Source: Eledone cirrhosa
Taxonomy: Eukaryota
DNA length: 64,000 nucleotides
Assembly: GCA_964016885.1 (NCBI GenBank)
Contig: OZ024741.1
Span: 132,680,001-132,744,000 of the forward strand
Reading direction: 5' to 3'
The position numbers and the translations under genes were made by a program. Below the pieces are notes generated by a model. That model was not told where the DNA came from. It made no database searches and was given only the letters and a program-made list of their open reading frames with translations. This document shows, in pieces, positions 61,746 through 64,000 of the stretch. Positions within the stretch are counted from its first letter, which is position 1. Every line of letters begins with the position of its first letter.

Positions 61746-62350
61746 CACAAACTGGTTAGAAGGGTTTGCAAAGCATACAACTTAGTCAAGAATCCATTGG
61801 CTACTTTGGAAAATTTTTCATAACACACACACAAAAAGCACCCAGTCCAACCGGTCAGGTGGTCATTTTTAATCCAACGGTGTAACAACTCTATGAAATC
61901 ATTACAGGATGTTAAATGTTAAAGTTTCTATAGTTTTCCTTTATTTTTTCCGTTTTAGTTTTATAAAGAAACATTTTTATTTTGGGAATACAATAAAGAA
62001 AGAAAATCACAGTGTGTCACACAAATGTTTCATGATCCTGGCAGACAAAATGCTAAATATTTTACTTTAAAAAAAATGGTGAGGGAGATATGCTGAAAAA
62101 GCCAGTCTATTTCATGGAGCTCTTTCTTGTAGATGGCCACCTCCACCACTCAATCAAATAAAGTAGGGATGTGGTTTCGAAGATATTTAAAAATATGAAA
62201 ACTAATAAAGAGAATGCCTGCTATATAAAAATGTGGTTTCAAATATATTCCTATGCCAAAAATGGTTAAAGGTGAAAAAATATACACTCTTTGGAAGAAA
62301 ACATATAGATAGTCATCTAGTCATCTCTAATATATTATCATTCTTTTTTA

Positions 62351-62603
62351 CTCTTTTGATACCAACTTACTAGAAACTGCCTCTAGTTTTCTCATACAAA
62401 AATGTCCATATTAAAGTATTTTATTTAAATCTAAACCTGCTCTCAAAATTACATGCCAGAACCTACTGTTATATTATGTTCCAAACAACAGCCTCATAAT
62501 GGAGAAAATACTTATTTTATTTAACACCTTTAAATTTCTGATTATTTAAAAAAACTAACTGAAAGACATGGTGTATTCTGTTAAAAATATAGTGACAAAA
62601 GGG
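62351..62603. mobile_element. Second, decayed piggyBac-like MITE family (related copy ~57765-58010)
   Basis: ctcttttgatac ... gtgacaaaaggg ends; shared ttatgttccaaaca core. Confidence 0.4.
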
Positions 62604-63261
62604 TTAGAGTGGCTAATCATGTTAAAATCTTGTTGAAAATATTCCATTTTAGACACATTCTCTAAAGATATTTTAACATATTTCCATGAATTGCTCACAA
62701 AAAAACATATCTTTTCATAATCTACTCCACCTAGTTCACACAAAACTAAATTCTTATAGCTTTTTATTCAGTCTAAACACACCACACCTTCATGTACATA
62801 CTATTACATAACTGAATCTATACACCTACGTAGAGATTTCTAAATCATTAAAACCATAGCTATATAAACATAGGTTTTTTTTTCTAATCAGTATATTTAT
62901 ACAGGAATACATTCAGAGCAATAAGTACAAGCTGCTTAAACACTGGTGAAAATGTAGTTATACTGGTGTGAAACTAAGAACATGACTTCAATTGACAATT
63001 ACCAGAGAGAGTAAATCAATAAGTAATATTACTGTCATCTCTACAGGTCACTTCCAACTGACCTACTTCAACCACGAGTCAAGCACTTAATAAGGAATAA
63101 CTCCTAAGAACAAGTTGTTATGATTTTTCTCCATTTGATAAAGAAGTTTTAACCTTGAAATAATATGAAATATAGGGTAATAACTATTGTATTTTGTCAT
63201 TCTTACTTTACACTACTTTACATCATCATTATATTTCCTATTCACATTATACTGGCTTTCC

Positions 63262-63470
63262 AGGGTGGTGTATTAGCAGTATTGGTAGAGCGCCGGACAT
63301 GCTTTGAAGATTAGAGTTACATTCCTTTACATTCTGTGTTCAAATCTTGCTGAGATTAGCTTTGCCTTTCACCCTTACAGGGGTCAATAAAATTAAGCAC
63401 TGGTAATGGACTGGGTTGATTTAACTTTTCCCTCCCAAAAAATTGTTGGCCTTGTGCCTAAATCAGGAAC
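63262..63470 (+). mobile_element. SINE family A
   Basis: Collinear with 55803-55988. Confidence 0.75.
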
Positions 63471-63624
63471 CATTTTACTGGCTTTCCTAATATATTTTTA
63501 ATAATAAAAATATTCATGATTCTATCAGACAATTAAATAAAAAGTTAGCTTTGACAAAAATCTCCAACAAAACATAAGGCAACAGAATGACAAAAAAATT
63601 TAATCATCTCTTTTTCATCAAACA

Positions 63625-63692
<68 letters not shown>

Positions 63693-63696
<4 letters not shown>

Positions 63697-63936
63697 TGTT
63701 GTTTACTCGAGAGAAGACTACGTTGGTACGGTCACGTGATGCGCATGAAAGATGACAGCTGTATAAAAAAGTGCAGGGCGATAAAAATAGACGGTAGCCA
63801 CGGAGTAGGCAGACCCAGAAAAACCTGGGACAACTTGATAAATTCCGACCTCACACACTTACACCTCTCCAAGACAATGTCACTGGACCGAGATCTTTGG
63901 CGCTACACAGTAACACAGAAGACCCGCCTTGCCTAA
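63693..63936 (+). mobile_element. RTE LINE RT C-terminal fragment
   Basis: ERRLRWYGHVMRMKDDSCIKKC..GRPRKTWD..DRDLWR. Confidence 0.85.
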
Positions 63937-64000
63937 GTACAAAGCGAAACCTACAGTCAGTAGGCACCTCTAACAAAATACACCCCCCGTCCCACTACCC

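Overview
This is eukaryotic (animal) genomic DNA. It is most likely a coleoid cephalopod such as Octopus; that is an inference from the HCDICGKSF-type C2H2 array, the SINE/RTE families and the extreme (TA)n content. Genes: a + strand C2H2 zinc-finger ORF (78-1076, cut short by a frameshift). Also, invisible in the ORF track, the last five coding exons of a minus-strand PHACTR (RPEL/PP1-binding) gene at 54771-39099. About 26 kb (9.9-36 kb) is a punctuated (TA)n array with a 200-N gap; nearly all long ORFs in the track are artefacts of it. The rest is mostly decayed transposable elements: Penelope-like (PLE) RT and GIY-YIG fragments, RTE and CR1 LINE pieces, tRNA-derived SINEs, piggyBac-like MITEs and a DD37D (maT) transposon. 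The most interesting signal is a set of short TA-embedded islands carrying type I hammerhead-ribozyme motifs (one canonical core, one U3-A8 compensatory core, others mutated or half). Several are fused into fold-back palindromes whose centres coincide with or lie next to ribozyme stems. All structures were read by eye; no folding or database search was run, and TE boundaries are approximate.
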